DNA from: Pseudonocardia sp.
GTDB lineage: Bacteria; Actinomycetota; Actinomycetes; Mycobacteriales; Pseudonocardiaceae
Length of the DNA: 64,000 bases
Direction: 5' to 3'
Assembly (NCBI GenBank): GCA_035557575.1
Contig: DATMDS010000231.1
Span: 209-64,208, forward strand
Below the pieces are notes generated by a model. That model was given only the letters and a program-made list of their open reading frames with translations, searched no databases and was not told the origin of the DNA. Shown here one piece after another: positions 48,891 to 58,844 of this stretch; the first letter of the stretch is position 1; each line of letters starts with the position of its first letter. The position numbers were made by a program, and so were the translations under genes.

Positions 48891-51176
48891 TCAGCTCCGG
48901 GTGGCGGCGGTTTCGTCGTCCACGGCGTGGTCGGCCGGGGCCGGGCGTGATCCGTCCGGGCGCAGGCGGCCCAGCACCGAGCGCGGCAGCAACCGGGCGC
49001 GCAGGCCGAGCGGCCCCCCGGCCGCCATGCCGGCCCGGACGGCCCGCACCGGCGCGACCAGCTCGCCGGCATCCGGGTGCTGATCGCCGTACCAGCTGGA
49101 CTCCACCACCCCGACCAGCCGGCGCAGAGCCTGCTGGCTGCCTGGGTCCAGCCGGTGTTCGCGCACCAGCTTGCGGGCGGTCCCGCGCACGGTGTCCGTC
49201 GGGTGGCCGGGCAACCCCCGGTCCGCGGACTCGGCCAGCACCTCCTGCCAGCCGGCCGCCACCGCCGCCGGCCCGCCGGCGGCGACCGCGGCCAGCCGGC
49301 GTCGGCGCTGCCAGCGCCGCACCCCCGCTGGCAGCAGGGCCACGAGCACGACCAGCAGCGTCCCCGCGACCAGTGCCCAGGGCACGGCACCGGGTCCGCC
49401 GGTCGCCGGCGCCGCGGTCCCGGGCTCCGGTTCCGGAGTGGGCGCGGCGGGCGCCGGCCCGGCGGCAACGGTCGGCGCCTCGTCCGGCCCGAGGTCCGTG
49501 CCGGGAACCGGCGCGTCCGGGCCGGGACCCGCACCGCGCGTCTCCAGCACGTAGTCCGGTGTGATCGTCCGGCCGTCGGTCAACGGGGTGGGGTCGAACA
49601 GCACCCACCCGTGGCCGGGGAAGTACGCCTCCACCCAGGCGTGCGCGTCGGAGGTCCGGATCGAGCGGTGGTCGCCGTAGTCGGTGCCGCCGGTGAACCC
49701 CACGGCCACCCGGGACGGGACACCCACCGCGCGCAGCAGCACGGCCATCGCGGAGGCGAACTGCTCGCAGTACCCGCTGCGGCCGACCGTCAGGAACTCC
49801 ACCAGCGCGTCGTCGCCGTTGGCCGGCGCGGTCTGCAGGCTGTAGCGGAATCCGCTGCCCGGCCCCGTGAAGTAGTCCTGCACGGCGATCGCGCGGTCGA
49901 ACGCGGACTCCTGGCCGGCCACGATCTGCTGCGCGAGCGCGATCACCCGCGGATCCACACCGGCCAGGCTGCGGTACTCGGGCACGCCCGTGCTCACCGC
50001 ATCCGTGGTGCGCAGCTCGGCCGCGGTGGGGCGCGGGAGGAGTGTGCGCACCGTCCAGCGCTGCTCGTCGTGGGGCTGGATGGCGTAGGCGGTGCCGCTG
50101 CGCCCGTCGTAGGCCCACTGCCCGTCCGGGAGCTCCTCGACCTGCAGCGGTTCGCCGTAGAGCGGCAACCAGTAGTCGCGGAAGCCGACGTTCTCGATCT
50201 GCACGTCGACGACCTCCCCGGGGGTGGCCGGCGGCGGCTGGACGGGCCCCGGCAGTGGCACCCCTGGCGCCGGCGGGCTGGCCCGCCAGCCGACGTTGGC
50301 CTGGTAGTTGCTCAGGGTCAGTGCCCGCAGGTACGTCGCCCGGGGCAGCCCGCGCACCTGCAGCAGCTCCGTCGAGCCGGAGTCGTTGAGCTGGCCACGC
50401 AGCGCGGTGAACGGGCTGAGCCCGATCGCGCCGGCTCCGGCGCCCGGCCCGCCGCCGGAGCCGAAGCGGCCGGAGGTGCCGATGACGCCGGCTCCGGAGC
50501 CGATGGTCAACGCGAGCAGCCCGGCCGTGCCGAGCAGCGCCAGCGCGGCGGGGGAGTGCCGCAGCACGGCCCGCCAGCTCGTCCGGCGGGTCCGCGAGCC
50601 GTCGCCCACCACCAGCAGCAGGCCGTACCCGGCCGCGGCCATGACCACCGTGGCCGTCGGGAGCAGCCCTTCGGCCAGTGCCGCCGGGATGGCGAACACC
50701 GCCAGCAACGGCACCCCGGCCACCGCCGGGGCGTGCGCGCTCACCGCGGCCAGGTGCACGGCCACCCCGAGCAGCCCGAACGCGGCCGTGAGCAGCACCA
50801 GGATCTCCGCGGTGGCCGGCACCGGGGCGATCCCGGTGTTGATCTGCCGGCCGGCTCCGTTGATCAGGCCGGCGATCCGGAGCACGGCGGCCGGACCGGG
50901 TAGCCGGTCGGCGGTGAACAGCGCGGTGAGCAGGACCAGGACCGCCACACACTGGCCGGCGGCGACGATCGGGACGGCGAAGCGGTGCAGCAGCAGCCCG
51001 CACACCACGACCGCGGACACCGCGCCCGCGGCGTAGCCGATCCAGCTGCTGCCCTGCACGACCGCGGCCACCGGTGCGCCCGCGCAGAGCACGGCCAGCC
51101 CGGCGACGACGGCGGCGCCGACCGGTAGCCCCGGGCCGCCGATGCGGGGCACCGCGATGGCCGGTCGTTCCCTCAT
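48891..51176 (-). CDS. Membrane transglutaminase-like protein (TgpA-type)
   Basis: Multi-TM N-terminus; [25 protein letters not shown] catalytic triad. Confidence 0.9.
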   Translation of the reverse strand: MRERPAIAVPRIGGPGLPVGAAVVAGLAVLCAGAPVAAVVQGSSWIGYAAGAVSAVVVCGLLLHRFAVPIVAAGQCVAVLVLLTALFTADRLPGPAAVLRIAGLINGAGRQINTGIAPVPATAEILVLLTAAFGLLGVAVHLAAVSAHAPAVAGVPLLAVFAIPAALAEGLLPTATVVMAAAGYGLLLVVGDGSRTRRTSWRAVLRHSPAALALLGTAGLLALTIGSGAGVIGTSGRFGSGGGPGAGAGAIGLSPFTALRGQLNDSGSTELLQVRGLPRATYLRALTLSNYQANVGWRASPPAPGVPLPGPVQPPPATPGEVVDVQIENVGFRDYWLPLYGEPLQVEELPDGQWAYDGRSGTAYAIQPHDEQRWTVRTLLPRPTAAELRTTDAVSTGVPEYRSLAGVDPRVIALAQQIVAGQESAFDRAIAVQDYFTGPGSGFRYSLQTAPANGDDALVEFLTVGRSGYCEQFASAMAVLLRAVGVPSRVAVGFTGGTDYGDHRSIRTSDAHAWVEAYFPGHGWVLFDPTPLTDGRTITPDYVLETRGAGPGPDAPVPGTDLGPDEAPTVAAGPAPAAPTPEPEPGTAAPATGGPGAVPWALVAGTLLVVLVALLPAGVRRWQRRRRLAAVAAGGPAAVAAGWQEVLAESADRGLPGHPTDTVRGTARKLVREHRLDPGSQQALRRLVGVVESSWYGDQHPDAGELVAPVRAVRAGMAAGGPLGLRARLLPRSVLGRLRPDGSRPAPADHAVDDETAATRS

Positions 51177-52405
51177 CGCGCCGCCCCGGCGTCGGCGGGG
51201 ACCAGCTCGGTCCACACCGACTCGGGTGTCGCGTTGGCGCCCGGGACGGCCACCCGCCAGCCGGCCCGGCGCAGCGCGGCCGCCTGGTCGAGCTCCGCGG
51301 CGCTGCCCGGGTCGACCGATCCGGCCGCGCCCAGCAGCACGGCGTGGCCGGGCGTGTGCTGGGTGAGCAGCGCCGGCACGTCGGGGGGCCCGAGCGCCCC
51401 GAGCACGGCGATCAGGTCGGTGGCCGGTTGCGGTGCGGGGCCGACCAGGTCGCGCTGCGCGGACGGGCGCAGCGCGGCCAGCGCGTCCAGCAGCGCCTCG
51501 GTGCCGCCCGGGGTGCGCGGGCCGGCCAGCTCGACGCCGTCGGAGGTGACCAGCGTGACCGGGTCGCCGCGGCCGATCAGATGCATGCAGATGCTGGCCG
51601 CCAGGCTCACCGCGAGCTCGAGCGTCGAGTCGGCGCCGTGCCCGGCATGAGCGCAGGCGCGCCGATCCAACAACACCGTGGTGCCGCCGCGCCACGGCCG
51701 TTCCTCCAGCCGCACCATCAGCTCGTCGTGCCGGGCGGTGCTGCGCCAGTGCACCCGCCGCAGCTCGTCACCGTGCCGGTAGGGCCGGACGAGGACGTCG
51801 GAGCTGCCCCGGCCCTGGTGGGCGAGGGCCGCACCGGCGGTGCGCTCGCCGCCGCCGAACGCCGCCGGCAGACCGTGCAGCCCCACCACTCGGGGCAGCA
51901 CCACCAGCCGGTCCGCGCCGGCGACCTCCCGGGTGAGCTCGGCCAGCCCCAGCGGATCGCAGGCCAGCGCGTGCAGCGGCCCGATCCGGTGCACCCCGCG
52001 CAGCGTCGGGCGCAACGGATAGCGCAGCCGCACCCCGTCCCGCCGCGGGATCCGGTGCACCACGAACCGGGGCGGCGACTGCGGCACCGGTCCGGCCGCG
52101 TCCGGCACGGTGTCGGCCAGGCGCAGCACCCCGGCCAGCGCGCCCCCGCGCACCTGCAGCTCCACCTCGGCCGAGCCGTCCACGGGCAGCCGGGTGGGGG
52201 TGAGCGTGCGCCGCACCTGCACCGCCCGGTGGGTGTACCGGACCAGCAGCGCGGCCAGTGCGGGCAGCAGCGCGACGAACGCCCCGACCCGCAGCAGGTC
52301 GCGTTCGTTCAGCAGCACCGCGCATGCCACCGTCGCCAGGCCGCCGGCCAGCAGGCAGCGGCCCCGCGTGGTGAGGCCGAGGGCTCGTCCGGACGGCGCC
52401 AGCAC
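51173..52405 (-). CDS. DUF58 (vWA-like) protein
   Basis: [23 protein letters not shown]. Confidence 0.9.
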   Translation of the reverse strand: MLAPSGRALGLTTRGRCLLAGGLATVACAVLLNERDLLRVGAFVALLPALAALLVRYTHRAVQVRRTLTPTRLPVDGSAEVELQVRGGALAGVLRLADTVPDAAGPVPQSPPRFVVHRIPRRDGVRLRYPLRPTLRGVHRIGPLHALACDPLGLAELTREVAGADRLVVLPRVVGLHGLPAAFGGGERTAGAALAHQGRGSSDVLVRPYRHGDELRRVHWRSTARHDELMVRLEERPWRGGTTVLLDRRACAHAGHGADSTLELAVSLAASICMHLIGRGDPVTLVTSDGVELAGPRTPGGTEALLDALAALRPSAQRDLVGPAPQPATDLIAVLGALGPPDVPALLTQHTPGHAVLLGAAGSVDPGSAAELDQAAALRRAGWRVAVPGANATPESVWTELVPADAGAAR

Positions 52406-52408
52406 CGG

Positions 52409-53416
52409 TCAGTAACCGGGCCGGGCCGGCGCCGGCACCGGCTGCCGGTTCAGCAGCACCCGGACCAGGTCGGCAGGGGTGCGGCGGGCCGCCGCCGCCT
52501 CGGGGGAGAGCAGCAGCCGGTGGGCCAGCACCGGCACGGCGACCGCCTGCACGTCGTCGGGCACGACGTACCCGCGGCCGGCCAGCGCGGCCTGCGCCCT
52601 GGCCGCCCGCACCAGCTGCAACGTCGCCCGCGGGGAGGCGCCCAGCCGCAGGTCCGGGTGCCGGCGGGTGCTGCCCACCAGCTGCACGCAGTACTGGCGC
52701 ACCTCGGTGCTCAGGTGCACCCGCTGCACCACGTCGATCGCCGCCCGGACCTGGCGGGCGTCGGTCACCGGGTGCAGGACGTCGAGGGGGTCACCGGCGG
52801 CGTGTTCGTCGATCATGGCCAGCTCGGCGCCCGGGTCGGGGTACCCGACGCTGATCCGGGTGGTGAAGCGGTCCCGCTGCGCCTCCGGCAGCGGATAGGT
52901 GCCGTCCATCTCGATCGGGTTCTGGGTGGCCACCACCAGGAACGGGCTGGCCAGCTGGTAGGTGGAGCCGTCCACCGTGACCTGGTGCTCGGCCATGCAC
53001 TCCAGCAGCGCCGACTGGGTCTTCGGCGACGCGCGATTGATCTCGTCCGCGATCACCACGTTGGCGAACACCGGGCCGGGTCGGAACTCGAACTCGGCGG
53101 TTTGCCGGTTATAGATCGACATCCCGGTGATGTCGCCGGGAAGCAGGTCCGGGGTGAACTGCACCCGGCTGACCGAGCAGTCGATGGCCCGCGCCAGCGC
53201 CTTGGCCAGTGACGTCTTTCCCACCCCCGGCACGTCCTCGACCAGCAGGTGTCCCTGCGCCAGCAGGGTGACCAGGGTCAGCCGCACGACCTCCGGCTTG
53301 CCCACGATGACCCGCTGCACGGCATCGGCGATGCGGCCGCAGACCTCGGCCAGTTCGGCCAGTTCGGCCAGCCCGGCCCGCGCGTCCACCGGCGTCCGGC
53401 CGCTCGTCGCGGTCAC
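52409..53416 (-). CDS. moxR: MoxR-family AAA+ ATPase
   Basis: EDVPGVGKT, QFTPDLLP, ADEINRASPKTQSALLE, ATQNP, PEAQRDRF. Confidence 0.92.
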   Translation of the reverse strand: MTATSGRTPVDARAGLAELAELAEVCGRIADAVQRVIVGKPEVVRLTLVTLLAQGHLLVEDVPGVGKTSLAKALARAIDCSVSRVQFTPDLLPGDITGMSIYNRQTAEFEFRPGPVFANVVIADEINRASPKTQSALLECMAEHQVTVDGSTYQLASPFLVVATQNPIEMDGTYPLPEAQRDRFTTRISVGYPDPGAELAMIDEHAAGDPLDVLHPVTDARQVRAAIDVVQRVHLSTEVRQYCVQLVGSTRRHPDLRLGASPRATLQLVRAARAQAALAGRGYVVPDDVQAVAVPVLAHRLLLSPEAAAARRTPADLVRVLLNRQPVPAPARPGY

Positions 53417-53707
53417 CCGACCTCCTCGTGTCCGGCCCGGTCCGTCGCGGACCCGCGCCCAGTGTGTCAAACGGTGCTGGGAGGCGGGGCCGGATGGGGT
53501 GCGCCGGTGTCCCCCACCTCCCCCCACGGTCGGCCCCCGCGGTCCTCCGGGCGGGCCCTCGACCCCCGTCGGACGCCCCGATGTCGCCGGTTCGGGGCAA
53601 CTTCGACGTACTACGGGCGAGTGGTGCGCCGCGCTGCCCCACCTTGCCCCACCCTCGTTGAGCTGCACTTTCCCCCGTCGGAGGGAGAGACGCGGAGCGG
53701 AATCGGG

Positions 53708-53765
53708 TTGACGGTGGTGAGAAGTGGGGTAATGTGGTGATCACTGGGGCGCAGGGGAGGTGGGG
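53708..53765 (+). promoter_or_regulatory. mraZ/dcw promoter with MraZ-binding GTGG(G/T)G direct repeats at 10-bp period
   Basis: TTGACG 53708, TAATGT 53730; GTGGTG 53714, GTGGGG 53724, GTGGTG 53734, CTGGGG 53744. Confidence 0.8.
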
Positions 53766-53768
53766 TCC

Positions 53769-54197
53769 GTGTTTCTCGGCACCTACACCCCGAAGCTGGA
53801 CGACAAAGGGCGGCTCACGCTGCCCGCCAAGTTCCGGGACGAGCTGCGAGGGGGGCTGATGATCACCAAAGGGCAGGACCACTGTCTCTACGTGTTCACC
53901 CGTGACGCCTTCGCCGAGCTGGCCCAGAAGGTCGCCGCCGCCCCGCTGACCAGCGAGTCCGCCCGCGCCTTCCAGCGCAACCTGTTCTCCGGGACCGACG
54001 AGCAGAATCCGGACGGCCAGGGCCGCATCGCCATCACCCCCGAGCTGCGCCGGTACGCCGGGCTGAGCAAGGAGTGCGTGGTGATCGGGGCCTTCACCCG
54101 GGCCGAGATCTGGGACGCCGAGGCCTGGCAGCGCTACCAGGACGAACACGAGGGCGACTACGCCCAGGCGCAGGAGGTGCTTCCCGGACTGTTCTAG
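53769..54197 (+). CDS. mraZ: Division/cell wall cluster transcriptional repressor
   Basis: [34 protein letters not shown]. Confidence 0.96.
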   Translation: MFLGTYTPKLDDKGRLTLPAKFRDELRGGLMITKGQDHCLYVFTRDAFAELAQKVAAAPLTSESARAFQRNLFSGTDEQNPDGQGRIAITPELRRYAGLSKECVVIGAFTRAEIWDAEAWQRYQDEHEGDYAQAQEVLPGLF

Positions 54198-54240
54198 CGG
54201 CTGTGGGGGCGCGCGGGAGCAGTCAACCCGACCGCGCCAC

Positions 54241-54337
54241 CGCCCGGATGCCGCGCCGCCCCTCGGCGCGACGGCCCTGGCGCACCTTCCCCGGTGCCAG
54301 GTCCGTCGCAGCGGGCCGACGGCGCGGCATCCGGGCG
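54241..54337 (+). ncRNA. mraW RNA motif (cis element upstream of rsmH)
   Basis: Long hairpin with perfect 18-bp basal stem CGCCCGGATGCCGCGCCG/CGGCGCGGCATCCGGGCG and apical CTTCCCC loop, in the canonical mraZ-mraW position. Confidence 0.8.
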
Positions 54338-54409
54338 GGGGCGTGGTCGTGGTCCGGGTAGGGGTGCCCGGACCGGCAGGGTGGTTCGACGACGTGAGGC
54401 AGGAGGTGG

Positions 54410-55393
54410 GTGGTGGGGCACCCCGAAGAGGACCGGTCGGCTGGGGTCCGGCACGTTCCTGTCGCCCTGGCTCGCGTCGTCGAACTGCTCCGGCCCGCAC
54501 TGACCGGCCGCCCCGCGGTCATGGTGGACGCCACGCTCGGCCTCGGTGGCCACGCCGCCGCGCTGCTCGCCGAGCACCCGCAGCTGACCCTGATCGGGCT
54601 GGACCGGGACCCGCAGGCGCTGGAACTGGCCGGGCGTCGACTGGCCGCCCACGCGGCGCGAACCCACCTGGTGCACGCCGTCTACGACCGCATCGACGAC
54701 GTGCTGGCCGAGCTGGGCCACGCCCGGGTCGACGCGGTGCTGTTCGACCTCGGCGTCTCCTCGCTGCAGCTGGACGCCGAGGACCGCGGCTTCTCCTACG
54801 CCCGCGACGCCGACCTCGACATGCGGATGGACCCCACCTCCGGGCCGACCGCGGCGGATGTCCTCAACACCTACCCGGTGCCGCGGCTGGCCCGGATCCT
54901 GCGCGAGTACGGCGAGGAGCGCTTCGCCGGACGCATCGCGGCCGCGGTCGGCCGGCGCCGCGAGCAGGCGCCGCTGCGGCGCAGCGCCGAGCTGGTGGAG
55001 CTGCTGTACGGGGCGGTCCCGGCGGCCTCGCGGCGCACCGGGGGACACCCGGCCAAGCGCACCTTCCAGGCACTGCGGATCGAGGTCAACGGGGAGCTGG
55101 ACGCGCTGGAACACGCCATCCCGGCCGCCGTCGACGCGCTGGCCGTGGACGGGCGGATCGTGGTGCTGGCCTACCACTCCCTCGAGGACCGCATCGTCAA
55201 ACGCGAGCTGGCGGTGCGGGCCCGGTCCAGCGCGCCGCCGGATCTGCCGGTGGAGCTGCCCGAGCACCGACCCGAGCTGCGGCTGCTGGTCCGCGGTGCG
55301 GAGCAGGCGGGGGAGCAGGAGATCAGCGACAACCCGCGCGCCGCCTCGGTGCGGCTGCGGGCGGCCGTACGAGTCCGGGAGGCAGCAGCATGA
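54410..55393 (+). CDS. rsmH: 16S rRNA m4C1402 methyltransferase
   Basis: [51 protein letters not shown]. Confidence 0.96.
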   Translation: MVGHPEEDRSAGVRHVPVALARVVELLRPALTGRPAVMVDATLGLGGHAAALLAEHPQLTLIGLDRDPQALELAGRRLAAHAARTHLVHAVYDRIDDVLAELGHARVDAVLFDLGVSSLQLDAEDRGFSYARDADLDMRMDPTSGPTAADVLNTYPVPRLARILREYGEERFAGRIAAAVGRRREQAPLRRSAELVELLYGAVPAASRRTGGHPAKRTFQALRIEVNGELDALEHAIPAAVDALAVDGRIVVLAYHSLEDRIVKRELAVRARSSAPPDLPVELPEHRPELRLLVRGAEQAGEQEISDNPRAASVRLRAAVRVREAAA

Positions 55394-55581
55394 GGACGGC
55401 TCTGAAGGACTCAGAGGGGGACGGCGTGGTCACGGGTAACCGGATGAGCCGGGCGGCGCACCAGCGGCGGTACGCCACGAGCGCGCGCAGCGGGGGAGTG
55501 CGAGTGAGCGAGCTTGCGAGCGAATCGATGACACAGCGCTTGCGCGAAGCGCCGACCGAGCGCAGCGAGGGAGTGCGATGA
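55390..55581 (+). other. 63-codon bridging mini-ORF containing MIRU-like units (copy 2 at 55504-55581)
   Basis: ATGA overlap with the rsmH stop and ATGA overlap with the ftsL start; ends VSELASESMTQRLREAPTERSEGVR. Confidence 0.65.
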
Positions 55582-56771
55582 GCGCGCCGGTCGCGGAGCG
55601 GGTACGGACCGCGGGCTGGGGCCCTGCGGTTCCGGCGCAGCGCGGATCGCGGCGCCGCCGCGCCCGGGGCGCGCCGTCGCCCATCGACGTCCCGCCCGTG
55701 ACCCGGACGAGCCGAGCGACCTCGTCGAGCACGGCCACCCTGACGGCCCCGCAACGGTCGAGCTCGAAGCGGGCGGCTGCGGCCGCGCCGTCCGACCAGC
55801 GGACCGCGCGGGTGTCGGGCACGCAGCGGGCCTACGCCCGGCGCGAGGAGCGGCTGCGCCGGCTCACCGGAGGCCCGTCGACGCGGGCGGCCACGTCCTC
55901 CGGGCGGGCCCAGTTCGTGCTGCTGGTGATGGCGCTGCTCGGATCCGGTCTGGTGGCGACGCTGTGGCTGTCGACAGCGGCCGCGGCGGACTCGTACCGG
56001 CTGCAGGACGCCCGCAACGACGCGCGGCTGCTCAGCTCGCAGAGCGAACGGCTGCACCGCGAGGTGGCCAGCATGGAGTCGGCTCCGGAGCTGGCCGAGC
56101 GGGCGGCCTCGATCGGCATGGTGCCGGTCCAGGACCCGGCGCGGCTGGTGATCGGGCCGGACGGGTCGGTGTCGGTCGTCGGGGAGCCGGCGCCGGCGAC
56201 GGCGCAGGCGCCGCCGGTGCCGCTCGCGGCGCCGCGGGTCCAGGTCCCGGCACCGGTCGACGCGGCCAGCCCGGCCGCGGGCGGCCAGCCGGCTCCCCCC
56301 GTCGCCGACGCTGCGGGGACCGGGGCTGCGGCCACGGGAACTGTGACCGGCGGGGCTGCCACCGGCGGAACTGTGACCGGCGGGGCTGTGACCGGCGGGG
56401 CTGCGACCGGCGCGACCGGCGCGACCGGTGGGAACGCGGCGGCCACCGGCGGTGCCGCGAGCGCCGACGCTGCCGGAACCAGTGGCGGCGCCGCGACAAC
56501 CGGCGATGCCCCGTCAGGCGATGCAGCCGCCTCGACCGGGGCCGGTGCCGCGGCCGGGACCTCCACCGGGGCCGAGGCGACGCCGTCGACCGGCGGAACC
56601 GCGACCGGAACCGCGTCCGGTGGGACCACGTCCGGTGGGACCGCGTCCGGTGGGACCGCGTCCGGTGGGACCGCGTCCGGTGGCGCCGCCGCGTCCGCTG
56701 GCGCCGCGGGCGCCGCATCGGGCACGCCCCCGCCGATCGGTGCCCCCGGCACCGATCAGAGCACCGGCTGA
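55578..56771 (+). CDS. ftsL: FtsL-like cell division protein with long low-complexity tail
   Basis: RAQFVLLVMALLGSGLVATLWLST TM, coiled coil, LAERAASIGMVP; position between rsmH and ftsI. Confidence 0.8.
   Translation: MSAPVAERVRTAGWGPAVPAQRGSRRRRARGAPSPIDVPPVTRTSRATSSSTATLTAPQRSSSKRAAAAAPSDQRTARVSGTQRAYARREERLRRLTGGPSTRAATSSGRAQFVLLVMALLGSGLVATLWLSTAAAADSYRLQDARNDARLLSSQSERLHREVASMESAPELAERAASIGMVPVQDPARLVIGPDGSVSVVGEPAPATAQAPPVPLAAPRVQVPAPVDAASPAAGGQPAPPVADAAGTGAAATGTVTGGAATGGTVTGGAVTGGAATGATGATGGNAAATGGAASADAAGTSGGAATTGDAPSGDAAASTGAGAAAGTSTGAEATPSTGGTATGTASGGTTSGGTASGGTASGGTASGGAAASAGAAGAASGTPPPIGAPGTDQSTG
56610..56684 (+). repeat. 15-bp coding tandem repeat x5 (TASGG)
   Basis: ACC(G/A)CGTCCGGTGG(G/C) x5; a second degenerate 15-bp array lies at ~56337-56411. 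Confidence 0.85.
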
Positions 56772-58618
56772 TGACAACGGCCCCACCCCGGCCCCGGACC
56801 GGTGCGGCTCGCGCCGCACCACCCCGGCGGCCGGCGGCCCGTCGCGGCTCGACCGGTGCCCGCGCCCACGCGCGGCGGTTGAAGATCGGTCGGATCGTGC
56901 TGGTGCTGGCCCTCGGCGCGGCCACGATGAAGCTGGTGGTCATCCAGACCGTGCAGGCCGGCGCCCTGGCCGCCGCGTCCGAGCGGCAGTCGATCACCAA
57001 CATCCCGCTGCCCGCGGAGCGCGGCGAGATCACCGACCGGTCCGGCAACCCGCTGGCCTTCAGCGCCGAGGCGCGGGCGCTGGTCACCAACCCGCGGTTG
57101 ATCGCGGCGACCAGGGGCGCGGACGCGCTGCGCTACAAGACCGAGATGGCGGCGGCCGTCGCCCAGGCCACCGGCCAGGACCAGGCCGCCCTGCTCGCGT
57201 TGCTGACCAGCGACAAGGGCTACGTCGTGCTGACCAAGCTGGTGGACCCGGACATCGCCCGCGACGTGCGGAACCGGTTCCCGGAAATCGCGGAGGAGCG
57301 TCGCGAGGACCGGCAGTACCCGGCCGGCACCCTGGCCGCCAACGTGATCGGCACCGCGACCTGGGACGCCGACGAGCGGAAGCTGGTCGGCCGGGTCGGG
57401 CTGGAGAGCTCGCAGAACAACACGCTCGCCGGCTCCGAGGGGCTGCGCGTCGTGGACACGGCGGAGAACAGCAACGCGGTCATCCCCGGCAGCACCCGCT
57501 TCGAGCGCCCGGCGACCCAGGGCTCCAACGTGGCGCTCACCCTGGACTCCGACCTGCAGTACACGGTGCAGCGCGCGCTGGCCGACTACGTGGCCCGCAC
57601 CGGCGCTCGCTCGACGTCGTCCGCCGTGGTGCTGGACGCCCAGAGCTCCGAGGTGCTCGCGCTGGCCAACGGGCTCACGTTCGACCCGCGCAACCTGGGC
57701 GCCGCCACCCCGGCCCAGCTGGGCAACCCGGCGGTGCAGACCCCGTTCGAGCCCGGCTCGGTGAACAAGATCGTGACGATGGCGGCTGCGCTGGAGTACG
57801 GAGTCGCCACCCCGGACGAGGTGCTGAACGTGCCGGGCAGCATCCGGATCGCCGACCGCACGGTCAGCGACGCCTGGGACCACGGCCTGGACCACTACAC
57901 GCTGACCGGCGTGCTCGCGAAGTCGTCCAACGTCGGCACGATCATGACCGCGCAGCGGGTCGGCGAGGAGCGGTTCGCCGAGATGCTGGTGCGGTTCGGG
58001 CTCGGCGCCAAGACCGGGGTCGGGCTGCCGGGGGAGAGCGCCGGGTCGGTGCCGGCCCGCGAGTCGTGGTCGGGCTCCACGTTCGGCAACCTGCCGATCG
58101 GGCAGGGGCTGTCGATGACCGTGCTGCAGATGGCCGGGATGTACCAGGCGGTGGCGAACAACGGGCTGCGCGTCCCGCCGCGGATCATCGGGTCGGTCAC
58201 CGGACCGGACGGGGTGCGGGTCACCCCGCCGACCCCGCCCGGGGTGCAGGTGATGTCGCCCGAGGTGGCGGCGAAGCTGCGGACCATGCTCACCGCCGTC
58301 ACCCAGGACGCCCGCGGCCAGCGCGGTACCGGGCCACAGGCGGCGGTGCCGGGCTACGTCGTGGCCGGTAAGACCGGGACCGCCCAGCAGGTGGACCCGA
58401 CCTGCGGCTGCTACTCCCGCAACACCTACTGGATCACCTTCTCCGGGATGCTGCCGGCGCAGGACCCGCGATACGTCGTCGCGATCATGTTGGACGCGCC
58501 CGGCGGCGGGGCCAGCGCGGCCCCGCTGTTCCACGACATCGCCACCTACCTGGCCCAGCGGGACCGGCTCCCGGTCAGCGTCGACCCAGCTCCCGTCCAG
58601 ACCCTGCAGCTGCCCTGA
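56771..58618 (+). CDS. ftsI: Class B penicillin-binding protein (PBP3)
   Basis: RGEITDR, EPGSVNK (SxxK), KSSNVG (SxN), GKTGTAQ. Confidence 0.93.
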   Translation: MTTAPPRPRTGAARAAPPRRPAARRGSTGARAHARRLKIGRIVLVLALGAATMKLVVIQTVQAGALAAASERQSITNIPLPAERGEITDRSGNPLAFSAEARALVTNPRLIAATRGADALRYKTEMAAAVAQATGQDQAALLALLTSDKGYVVLTKLVDPDIARDVRNRFPEIAEERREDRQYPAGTLAANVIGTATWDADERKLVGRVGLESSQNNTLAGSEGLRVVDTAENSNAVIPGSTRFERPATQGSNVALTLDSDLQYTVQRALADYVARTGARSTSSAVVLDAQSSEVLALANGLTFDPRNLGAATPAQLGNPAVQTPFEPGSVNKIVTMAAALEYGVATPDEVLNVPGSIRIADRTVSDAWDHGLDHYTLTGVLAKSSNVGTIMTAQRVGEERFAEMLVRFGLGAKTGVGLPGESAGSVPARESWSGSTFGNLPIGQGLSMTVLQMAGMYQAVANNGLRVPPRIIGSVTGPDGVRVTPPTPPGVQVMSPEVAAKLRTMLTAVTQDARGQRGTGPQAAVPGYVVAGKTGTAQQVDPTCGCYSRNTYWITFSGMLPAQDPRYVVAIMLDAPGGGASAAPLFHDIATYLAQRDRLPVSVDPAPVQTLQLP

Positions 58619-58844
58619 ACGCATCCGTGAAGCCCGTGCCCGGCACCCCACCCGGCACCGCCGACGGACACCCCGGGCCCGCCCGGTCCGCCTGCGCGGA
58701 AGGCGCTCCGGTCCGACCTGCGTGGCCGGGTGCGCCGTCGGTGCGACAGCCCGGCGATCGGGACGTCCGGCTCCCGGCGCGGGTACCCCTCGCGGAGGGT
58801 GGTGCGCGGACAGGGCGATCATGGCCCGCCGGTAGCCTTTCGAC

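Noticed and set aside
56337-56684. CRISPR-like repeat array
   Set aside because: Head-to-tail 15-bp coding repeats without spacers; no cas genes.
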